A DNA stretch of 64,000 nucleotides. Origin: Octopus vulgaris. Its lineage: Eukaryota. Position numbers and translations under genes: made by a program. The notes under the pieces were generated by a model, which worked only from the letters and a program-made list of their open reading frames with translations, had not been told where the DNA came from and ran no database searches. Of the stretch, positions 1 through 11,439 are shown piece after piece. The stretch is from assembly GCA_951406725.2 (NCBI GenBank), contig OX597827.1, forward strand, positions 39,928,001 through 39,992,000. The letters are read 5' to 3'. Each line of letters starts with the position of its first letter. Positions within the stretch are counted from its first letter, which is position 1.

Positions 1-46
1 AAGCAATGTTGGGGAGGCAAACACAGACACACAAACATATATACAA

Positions 47-85
<39 letters not shown>

Positions 86-307
86 ACATATATATATATA
101 TATACATGATATATATATATATATATACATATATACATATACATGACAGGCTTCTTTCAGTTTCCGTCTGCCAAATCCACTCACAAGGCTTTGGTCGGCC
201 CGAGGCTATAGTAGAAGACATTTGCCCAAGGTGTCCCGCCGTGGAACTGAACCCGGAACCATGTGGTTGGTAAGTAAGCTACCTACCACACAACCACTCC
301 TACGCCT
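1..307 (-). repeat. tRNA-derived SINE, family A (other copies near 23219+, 26105-, 32700+, 35372-, 36843+, 39222-, 43315+, 47640-, 52650-)
   Basis: Head GGCGTAGGAGTGG.TGTGTGGTA...GGTTCCGGGTTCAG with A/B boxes; CCTTGGGCAA core; internal TA/TG microsatellite. Confidence 0.85.
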
Positions 308-2514
308 ATGTATGTATGTATGTATGTATGTATGTATGTATGTATGTATGTATGTATGTATGTATGCATGTGTGTATGTATGTACATATATATGCATGCA
401 TGCATACAAGTATGCATGTCATTATTCAGTTCTATTTCAAGATTTCTTGCCAATAAAGAAAGAGCCAGTTTCTAACCTAGAGCTCAGGCCCCTTCATTCG
501 AATTTCAGCATCAAGGTTTTTTGATTGCATGTATATATGTATGTGCAGATTTGTATGTTTTGTATGTATGTATGCATGTATGTATGTGTGTATGTATGTA
601 TGTATGTATGTATGTATGTATGTATGTATGTATGTATGTATGTAGATTATTTAAACTGCATCCTTTTCATGCAAGTCAACTTCCAAGTCATTGCAATTGT
701 TTGATGAACCCAGTAGCATGAAACTCAAGATACAGAAATTTGCTTTATATAAACTGTATACTACACTATAATTAAGTACTCTCTCCTTCTTTTATAGATA
801 GATTGAAATAGTTGAATATGTGTGTGGTAGTGACATTGTGTAATTTGATATACTTGTGCACCGCTTTCTATCTAGATGAGAATAGCAAAAAAAAAAAAAA
901 ACGTGAAAGTTAGGCCAGGGGTGCCCAAGTTTCTTTCTCTTTTTATTTTTATTTTCTTGTGATTCCCTTTTGATGAAATGTAATTAATTCAGAGCACATT
1001 GTGTATAAAAATCAAAGAAAATATATTAAAAAGTTAATTATAAATTTTAGCCTATGAATGACTTAATCAATAGAGAATGATTATATAGTCAGTTAACTCT
1101 TCAATAAATAAAGCAGAATTATCAAAAATGTATATTGAGAATTTACTTGTTTCTGTGCGGTTTTTTTTTTTTTACAAACTTTTATAAATATAATATTGGG
1201 TATAAAATAACTATAAAAGAGGTTGGTTAGGGGAAGACCCTAAATCATGGTGTTAATTACCAGTTAAAGGGGCACAATGCTAATAAAACCTATGATGTTA
1301 ATACAGAGGAAATTATCATGGAGTACTATGGGTGGTTGTTTATAAACAATATTGTTATGTTGTATAAAGATAAAATTTGAGATTATCAAAAATGATATCA
1401 TAACCAAAATAGGTAAAATCTGTGTATATATCAATTTTCAACATTAAAAAGTAAAGATTACATGGAATCAGTTTAATATTTATTTATGTACTTGATTATT
1501 TACTTATTAGGTGGTTTCTATAACGACTGCTCTGGGTATTTACTTATGAAATACTGGAAAGATAAACATGATATCTATATATTAATTATAAGCCAAGAAT
1601 CAAAAAAACATTAAAGATGTGTACAGATACACACACATATTTATCTATCTGCACACATGCACACATACATAAATATTTATTTGTTTACGTGGATATAGTA
1701 TAACCATCTCACATAGACTTAAGTAACTAAAAGGTATCTATTTATGAACAAGAAAGATAACAATTTATAAGGGATAATAGGTTAATAGGTTATGCACTTT
1801 TATACACATATACACATATACAAATATTTATATGTTTATATGGATATAGTATAGCCATCTCACATAGACCTAGTAGCTGAAAAATCTCTATTTAAGAACA
1901 GTAACAATTTTAAGGGATAAGAGGTTCATAGGTAAGGATATCAAAGTAAGAAAACAAAGTAATAAGAATTTATAGAAAATGATAAAAAATATATATAACT
2001 TACATTTAAAGAGACAGGGTATTAAAATTTAAGGTAGGGAAGAGATAAAAGTAACCCTAAAAGAGGAGGTTGTGGGTATGGAAGTAGTGAGAGCAGTTAA
2101 AGGTATTCAGACCAAAGAGATTTTATAAGTTGCAATGTTACAGGTATTGTTACATAAATGATTTTATAGTTTCTAGTGGGTATATAATTAGGAGACTTAT
2201 TTACATAAAAGCCATCACAAATATTCATAATATGATCAGTAGGGTAGAACATCATCAAAAGGAACAAATAGTTTAATCACCAAAGACACAATGAAGTCAG
2301 ACTAACTAGGCAGGAGTTTTCATGGGATAGTAATTACATATAGTACACCACAGGCCATAACATATAGCTTATAACATATGCAATACAATTTAATTCACCA
2401 TATAATTCAATATCCTATGATTTTATTATATATACTACTAAGGGTAAGTTTACAAGAGATACGACACCAAAATTAATTTCCACCATCAAAGTTCAAGTAT
2501 GGCACTAATATTAA

Positions 2515-3096
2515 TAACCAGCCCAGTTATGCATACCTTTCTTTCATTGGACACTAAATTCTGCTTGTGAAGACCTGTTGAGGCAAGTGAAATCGAAATC
2601 AAATTCACTGACATGGCTGATGAGAGCACCACCTGACTGACATGCATGTTAGTGGAACTTTAAGAGCACCTTCCGAGCATGATCGTTGCTAGGGCCACTT
2701 ACTGGCTGCCGTACCAGTGACACCTAAAAAGCACCATTCGAGCATGATCATTACCAGCGTCGCCTTACTGGCACATGTGCTGGTGGCACGTGAAAAACTA
2801 TATTCAAGTGAGGTTGTTGCCAATGCCACTGGACTGGCTCCTGTGCAGGTGGCACATATGTAAAAAACACCATTCAAGCATGGCCGTTGCCAGTACCGCC
2901 TGACTGGCCCTCATGCCAGTGGCACATAAAAGCATTCACTACTACACTCTCAGAGTGGTTGGCATTAGGAAGGGTATCCAGCTGCAGAAACTCTGCCAGA
3001 TCAGATTGGAGCCTGGTGCAGCGATCTGGCTTGCCAGTCCTCAGTCAAACCGTCCAACCCATGCTAGCATGGAAATCAGACGTTAAACAAGGATGA
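2515..3096 (+). repeat. RTE-tailed interspersed repeat with internal ggtggcacataaaaagcacc subrepeats
   Basis: Homologous to 6240-6878; ends in the (GAT)n-type tail. Confidence 0.7.
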
Positions 3097-5239
3097 TATA
3101 TATATATATATGTATGTATGTAGGTATGTATGTATGTATGTATGTATGTATATACATATATATTTATATATACATACATACATACATACAAACAAACAAA
3201 AATAGCCTTTGTTGATGTTGATATTCCAATGAAGGAGCCTTGGACCGAGGTTAGAAACCAGCTCTTTCTCTATTGGCAAGAAATCTTGAAACAAAACTAA
3301 CAATGACATACATACATATATTTATACACACACAAACACACACACGTATATGCATGCACCCACGTACCAACTCTGAGATCAAGAATTTTCGTCATCATCG
3401 ACATTATCATTGTGTTTGTAGAGATATATTAATCTGCGTAAATCTAAATGAGTCACTTCTGTAGCCAGTTACACAACTTCCCACAAATGAGAAATAGTTC
3501 AGATGATGAAATATGTTCCTTCTTTACCTCTGTACTTTTTTTTTTCTTTTCTCCTCTCTATTCAAGTTTGTTGATAAGAGTATTGACACTCACACATATT
3601 ACATGTGTGTGTATGTGTGCATGTTTACATATTTAAGTAAACATGTGACAGAAAATAAATTGAAATTATTCCAGTAGGAGTTGAAGCTACATCTCAACCT
3701 TTTGTTGAAACTTTTGGTACTGTATCTACTTTTATCCTCACCTTCAATGGAAGATATACCCTGCATTAGAAGACATTATACCAGCAAAATCAAAGTTTGA
3801 ATCCAGGAAGAAAAGCACATTTCAACTTGTTAAATAATTATATTCATACCTACATACTCACACACACACATACACACATTTTTATATACACTCTTACAAT
3901 ATATATGTAAATATATGTATATAAATATATATAAAGTCAAAATAAGCTACAGATACTGAGTATATGTAATAAAAAAAAGAAAAATTGGTGTGAATAAAAG
4001 AAACTGATTGCTAAATAAAAAAAATTAAAAGGGAAGATGTCGTATAATGAAACTATACACCCCTCTTGGTAAAAAGTGGTAGTAGCCAGTCATTATAAAT
4101 AGACCAGTAGCTGGTCGACAGAAGAAGGTTAGAAGGTCGAGAGTACATGTAGACTGTGTTGGTAGTTGTGTCTGTGCTGATATAGAAATTTTACTGAGTG
4201 GATGTTATAACGATCTAACCTTTTGAGGATAATAACACTAGGGCAGGGGTGCACACAATGTCAGATTGAACAATCTTATTGACAACTTTGGGATATAACA
4301 ATATCTGTCAGAGTGACAACCATCATCAAAAGACATGCAACAGTGGCAAAAGACCACTTTTCAACAATATGCAATATCTGTACACCACTTCAAACACTCT
4401 ATACACACACATGTATATATCATCATCATCATCATTTTATGTCCATGTTCTATGTTGGCATGGATTTGACAAGGATCTGATGAGTCCAAGGACTGCATCA
4501 TGCTCCAGGTTCTGCTTTGGTATGGTTTCTATAGCTGAATGCCCTTCTAAAATGTCAATCACTTTATAGTGTGTACCGGATTCCCTTTTTCTTCATGCTA
4601 CCAGCACTATTGAGGGTACCATATAGCTCACAAGTCTAGAAAACCTTGGGAGGAGGGTTGCTGCATCTTTGTTGGGAGTCAAGGTATGAGAGAAGGGGTT
4701 GAGATAAAGCATGTTCTTGTTGTAGAGAAGCTACTTGGTTACTCACATTTAGAAGAGAGAGAGAATGAACTGCTGGTCTCTCCAAAGAGATAGACAGGTC
4801 AGGAATAATAGTGAGTGAGTGAGTGAGTTGGTGGGTGAGGTGTTTCAAGAGTGTATGGGGAAGGATGAGGGAAAGTGGGAGAGAGAGAAATAGGTAAGCA
4901 ACATCTGTAAAGATTGATAAGGGCTGAGAATAGAGGTTGCATGTGTTGAGGAGGATAGCAGCAAGGTAGTTATGATGATACCACCATTGACAGGTGGGTG
5001 GGGGAAAGAGGTAACTTTATCTCTCTAATCTGCAGGAGCAGATTAGAGAGATAAACAGGTGTAGTGAATGAGGAGAGAGAATTTCATGAAGGGGTGGCCA
5101 CCATAACATGTTGTCGAGAACAAAATTAATTCATAAAGAATGTCTAATAAGTGAGATGGTTCTGGATAGCTAGCAAGAAAAGTGGTCTCGGGAGGGGGGA
5201 GCTGCAGTGGTGGAGATGTAGAGTTGTGAGTTTCACTAA

Positions 5240-5475
5240 CACAATATTTAGCTTCAATGCCTGGGAATTCCTTTATAGTTCCCCTATAGGTTCAGCTATA
5301 AGAACTAGATCCTTAGCATATAGAAGTACCCATGCACAGACCAAACTTCTATCTGATGTCCTGTAAGACCATCATGAATAGGGGGGCGGGATTGAGAACT
5401 GAGCTTTGATCAACTCCAACTCTCACACTAAATTCCTCACTGAAGTTGTTGACTCTCACTTTACTTACTGTGCAT
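5240..5475 (-). mobile_element. Short RTE RT remnant
   Basis: SKVRVNNFSEEFSVRVGVDQSSVLNP, same family as 54645-55885. Confidence 0.65.
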
Positions 5476-5919
5476 GTTTGTATGAATGTATTATGCATGC
5501 ATGCATGTATGTATGTATGTATGTATGTATGTATGTATGTATGTATGTATGTATGTATGTATGTATGTATGTATGCATGCATGTATGTATGTACATATGT
5601 GCACTGCTGTGTATTTATACATGTATGTGGCTGAATTTATGCATGTGTGTGCATGCATGTATGAATTTACTGTTTACATACACATGTATAAGCATATGCA
5701 TGAGTGTATGCATAAATGAACAGACCAGCTGGTTTGAGCAGAAAAACATGTGAACATAGACAAACTGATAACAACTGAAAATAAAAGTAAAAACAAAGAT
5801 TGAAATGCATGAGCAATAAAACTAAAACAAACTGTATCGCTTTTATCTGTGTAAACAATAAACCAATAAAAAATAACAAGATATATACACTCATATATAG
5901 CATACATACACACACAAAC

Positions 5920-5963
<44 letters not shown>

Positions 5964-6239
5964 CACACATATATACACAAAACACACTCAACATACACAT
6001 GCAAACACACATGCACACACAGAAATACCCACCCCACACATTCACATACACACATATACACACAAACATGGTGGCAAGCACCTTATCACACAAGCACACA
6101 CACACACACTTAAATACACACATACATAAATTTGACATAAAATATCAAAAACTATATGTGCAAAGAATTATTGCAAAGGCTATAAATGTGTAGTGAAAGA
6201 CTTTGACAAATCATTTAGATTATGCCAGATAAAATATTG

Positions 6240-6878
6240 GGTTTTCTTGTTTGGAAATATGCTGTGCTTGACAAGACTCGGCAAGCTCAAGTGAGACCAT
6301 AACCTTGTGGCCTATGCCAGGAGTGTAACCAGCCCACCTATGCATACCTTTCCTTCATTGGACACTAAACTCTGCTTGCAAAGACCTGTTGAGGCAAGTG
6401 AAATTGAAATCGAAATCAAATTCGATGACTGGCATCCGTGCTAGTGGAGCGCCAAGAGTACCATACAAGTGTGATCATTGCCAGAGCAACAAACTGACCT
6501 CCGTACCGATGGCACATAAAAAGCACCATTCAAGTGTGATTGTTACCTGCGTCACTTTACTGGCACTTGTGCTGGTGGCACATGAAAACACATTCGAGCA
6601 AGTGCTGCTGGACTGGCTCCTGTGCTGGTGGCACATAAAAAGCACCATTTGAGCGTGGTCATTGCCAGTACTGCCTGACTGGCCTTTGTGCCGGTGGCAC
6701 GTAAAAGCACCCACTACACTCTCAGAGTGGTTGGTGTTAGGAAGGGCATCCAGCTGTAGAAGCTCTGCCAGATCAGATTGGAGTCTGGTGCAGCCATCTG
6801 GTTCGCCAGACCTCAGTCAAATCATCCAACCCATGCTAGCATGAAAAGCGGACATTAAACGATAATGATGATGATGAT
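6240..6878 (+). repeat. RTE-tailed interspersed repeat (copy 2); an oppositely oriented tail follows at 6950-7260
   Basis: Homology to 2515-3096; (GAT)n tail. Confidence 0.7.
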
Positions 6879-7969
6879 ATATAATATAGTTGCATAGTAG
6901 TGGTTTTATCTCTAATTCATATTTTATATATGTGTATATATATATATATTATCATCATCATCATTTAACGTCCGTTTTCCATGCTAGCATGGGTTGGACG
7001 GTTCGACCTGGGTCTGGAAAGCCGTAGGCTCTAGTCTGATTTGGCAGTGTTTCTACAGCTGGATGCCCTTCCTAACGCCAACCACTCCATGAGTATAGTA
7101 GGTGTTTTTTATGTGCTACCAGCAGAGGGGCCAGAGCAGGCTGGCAGATGGCCACGATCAGTTGGTGCTTTTACATGTCACCGACACGGACGCCAGTCAG
7201 GTGGTGCTGGCATCTGCCACGTTCGGACGCTGCTTTTTACATGTCACTGGCACGGGTCTCTTATATATATATATATATATAATAATAAATATTAGGGAAT
7301 AAATCCAAATTTACAGTTGGAAAAGTATTTATTTTCTGCTTTAACATATCATGATCTCTAACCTCAATACTACAACTTATATGTACACAAATTTTGATTA
7401 TAAGCATATACTATTATTGCTACGTAAAATATAATCATCAGTCCTTAATATATTTATGAAACCAAATCACTGAGTCTTACGAAGGAGATGACAGAGGACT
7501 GAGATATGTGGTGCATTGCTGTACCCATTCAGTACAACAGAAGACCCATTCAGTACAACAGAACTGTAATCCAAAAAACTAAGCACCATGTAAAAAGCAT
7601 TGGTGTGGGTGCTGGTGTCATGTGAAAAGCACCCAGTACATTCAGTAAAATGACTGGCATTAGAAAGGGCATCCAGCTTTAGAAATCAAGCCAAAACTGA
7701 CTATGGAACCTGGTGTGGCCCCTGGCCTTGCTAGTTCCTGTCAAGTCATCCATCCATTCCAGCATGGAAAATGGATGTTAAATGTTGTTGATGATGATGA
7801 GGATGAGGATGATGTGGATGATGATGATGATGATGAAACTAGTGTTTTATTATGACATCAAATTTTTGGATTTTATAAACTGAAAAATTTCATATATTCA
7901 ATAATTACCAATGTATTTCCTGTTGGAGACTCCAAATATTTGAAACCAAATCAATAACATTCTATATAA

Positions 7970-8237
7970 GCTGTTGTGTCTGGGGAGCATCATTTTCTTT
8001 TTGCGCCTTATGATTTAACACACTCACCAGTAAAATTTCCACTTATTTCTTATTTTCAGTTTCATAAAATTTTCGTTGTGTCTTGCAACCTTTTCAAGAG
8101 TCAAGACTATTAAAAAGGTTGCAAGATGCAACGAAAATTTTAGGAAAATAAAAATAAGAAATAAGTGGAAATTTTACTAGTGAATGTGTTAAATTATAAG
8201 GGACAGGAAAAAAAATGACTTTCCCCAGACACAGCAG
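7970..8237. repeat. Foldback element (~130-bp arms); half copy at 52440-52580
   Basis: Arms are reverse complements around gagtcaagact. Confidence 0.85.
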
Positions 8238-8317
8238 AATATGCTTCAACACACAAATTCATATAAAGAATCTTGCAAACCAAATCCAAAAACGAAATAT
8301 TCTATATATGTTTTTTT

Positions 8318-8632
8318 GGTTATCTTCATATCCATGTTAACATGGATGTCTTGTTAGAAGACTGAATACTGGATTACTAGTATTGAGAGATCTTCTCATA
8401 GAGGTGCTTGCTACATAAAAGCACACACATAGATCATAGTAGACAAGAATCTTCTATCATAGACACCAGAACTCATTGTGTTCTGATACCGGTGAGAGAC
8501 GAATCTCATCTGCTATAATCTATGTGTCTGCTTTTATGTATCAAGTGCCAATATGAGAGAATCGTTCAAGGCTAATAATGCAGTGCTCAGTGTTTTAACA
8601 AGATATCCAGTGTTAAGGTGGATATAAAGATT
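8318..8632. repeat. Older, diverged foldback element
   Basis: Degenerate inverted arms (tacataaaagcacacacatagat / atctatgtgtctgcttttatgta). Confidence 0.65.
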
Positions 8633-9467
8633 ACATTTTGATATTATATTGTTTCTGTCAGTAACAATAATTTTGTGGTTATTTATTTTCATATCTATAT
8701 TCTTCATTTAATGTATTGAAATGTCTGTGTATATCTAAGGCAATGAGCTGGCAGAGCCATTCACATGCCAGATAAAATGCTTAGTGCCTTTTCTTCCGTC
8801 TTTATGTTCTGAGTCCAAATTCCACCAAGGTTGACTTTGCCTTTCGTCTTTTCAGGGTCGATAAAATAATTACCAGTTAAGTACCGGGGTCAACTTAGAC
8901 CCTCTCTTGAAATTGCTGGCTTTGGGCCAAAATTTGAAACCAATATCTGTGTTTGTGCAAGTATGTGTTTATGCTTGTGGACTTGTGAGTGTTTGCATGT
9001 GAATGTGTGTGCTTGCATGTGTGTGTACTCGTCAGTGTTTGTGTGTGCAAGTGTGTGAGAGTTTGTGTGTGTATGTGTGTGTGTACTTGTGAGTGTTTGT
9101 GCATGTGTTTGTATTTGAATGTGTGTGTTTGAGTGTGTGTCTGTATTTGTGAGTGTTTGTCTGTGCGTGTATGCTGTGTAGATGCCCCCAGGAGAGAAGT
9201 GGGCTGGTCCACTACAAATAAATAGTGGATTGTCACAGTCAGTAGCCCTGTGATACATCAGTGGTGCTGAGGAGTCGTAGCTTACGCAGTGAAAAATGAT
9301 TTTGAAGAAAAAATCACAGTGAAAAAATGTTTCTGAAGTAGGATTTGAACTAACACAGAACTACATACAGTCAAAAATAATATACAAACAGTGAAAAGCG
9401 ATATATACCCAGTGAAATTGAAAAAAGATTTATTTTGAAAAAAAAAAAATGGTTCTGTGTAGAACGA

Positions 9468-9526
<59 letters not shown>

Positions 9527-10686
9527 GTCCGTTTGAAGGATTTATAAGTCAGGTTGCTATATGTAGTAATGCTACCAGTAATAATGTTAGACTTGGTACT
9601 ACCTGCAGGCATTTTGAAAAAAAAAACTATGGTTCTGTGTGAAACAAAAAATAATAATAATCCATGCGAAGGATTAAATAATTCTGTGAGCAACAAAGAA
9701 TTTACGATGATACAAGAAGAATAAAAAAGCTATGGTTCTGTGTGGAATGACAAAATTAATAATAACTCTGTGTGAAGGATTTAATAATTCTGTGTGCAAC
9801 CAAGAATTTATGATGATTCATTTAAAGCGAGTCATGCAAGATTTCAAACATAAGCAGACATCATCTGTTGAAATTGAAAATAACCAGTTGCTAAGAAGGT
9901 TAAAAGGAACAAAGAGGATGCAATCTATTTTGTGATCGAGAATACTAAACCAGTCCTTGGAAAGACTTGAGATGAAATGTCAACTTGTGAAGGAAAAGTC
10001 GTAGAAATGGGAAATAAATAAATACTTCTGTGTGTTTAGAAAAAAAAAAAAATTTCAAAAGGGGGGCTGTTCTGTGGATGCCCCTAGGAGAGAAGAGGGC
10101 TGGTCCACTATGAATAAATAGTGGATTGTCACAGCCAGTAGTGTCGTTCGGTGAAGGTATGCTGTTCGAACCTGCGATACATCAGTGTATGTGTGTGTGT
10201 GTACTTCTGAGTGTTTATGTATGCTTGTGTGTGTTTGTGTGTATGTGTGTGTACTTGTGAGTGTTTGTGTGTGCATATGTGTGTTTACGTGCCCATGTAC
10301 TTGTGACTGTGTGTGTGTATGTGTGTTTACATGCACATGTACTTGTGACTGTGTGTGTGTGTATGAATGTGTGTGTGTTTGTGTGTGCATGGGTGTATGA
10401 ATTTGTGATTTTTGTTAAGCTGAGGCTATGGTTGAAGTAACATACCAAAAACACTATATTCAGTGAGTTCAATCACTTGAATTAAGTTAATTGATAAGTA
10501 ACCTTCTTAACTACACATCCATAACTTCGCATGCCCATGGGCTTTGTTAGGCTGACCTGCTCCAAATAGCATTGCAAAATGAGCAGAATTTGTAAACAAA
10601 CAAATAAAGTACTAACTCAAAACAAGTTGTCATAATATAACCTATTTGCCTCTTTGCTCTTTCTCACCCAGTCTCATCATCATCAT

Positions 10687-10688
<2 letters not shown>

Positions 10689-10751
<63 letters not shown>

Positions 10752-10797
10752 GCATATATATACATATATCTACATATATATATATACATACATATAC

Positions 10798-10836
<39 letters not shown>
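10689..10836. repeat. (TC)n-(TA)n microsatellite; representative of dozens of TA/TATG/TG/GATA/TAA/CAT tracts in the window
   Basis: Direct observation. Confidence 0.95.
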
Positions 10837-10837
<1 letters not shown>

Positions 10838-11039
10838 AACTAATGTAGGATAAAATTTTTATCAATGGCCAGCATATCAAAAAATACCTTTAAAGGTTAA
10901 ATTTATAAATAACTTACAAAATAAGGGCAAAAGAAAAATTCTAATGCCAAATATGCCGAAAAAAAGACAAAATTGTCCATAACCATTATAATTTATGCGA
11001 CTCGAAACAAACTGATAGAAATTTCTAAAAAATCCGTTA

Positions 11040-11100
11040 TTACCGTATTGGTTTCAATTTCGGGGTTAATTCATAAGAATTTTCCCCTCTTCAGCGATAA
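11040..11100 (-). ncRNA. Type I hammerhead ribozyme
   Basis: UUAUCG-CUGAAGA-GGGG(AA-AAUUC-UUAU-GAAUU-AA)CCCC-GAAA-UUG(AAAC)CAA-UA^-CGGUAA: all three stems pair and the catalytic core is intact. Confidence 0.8.
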
Positions 11101-11236
11101 ATATATAAGACATAAATGGAATACTTACTCATACCCATGGAAAAAGCAAGCACTAAGTCCTGAGCAGACCTAAGTACCCCAAATATATCCAAAATAGAAA
11201 ATCTTCGGCACAAATAACTTTTGTAAGTTATTTATA

Positions 11237-11280
<44 letters not shown>

Positions 11281-11321
11281 TGTATATACATATATACATA
11301 TATATATATATATATGCATAT

Positions 11322-11390
<69 letters not shown>

Positions 11391-11439
11391 TGTGTACAGT
11401 GCTCAGGTGCACTACAACTCATCTAAAGTGTATATATAA

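Noticed and set aside
1170-2510. AT-rich, strand-skewed region that looked like a mitochondrial insertion; includes a ~135-bp tandem duplication (about 1660-1935)
   Set aside because: No mitochondrial gene was recognisable. It is possibly a very decayed L1/Tx1 ORF2, but support is too weak to call
206-6193. Many ORFs rich in [12 protein letters not shown] repeats here and throughout the window
   Set aside because: They are translations of TATG, TG and TA microsatellites or SINEs, not genes
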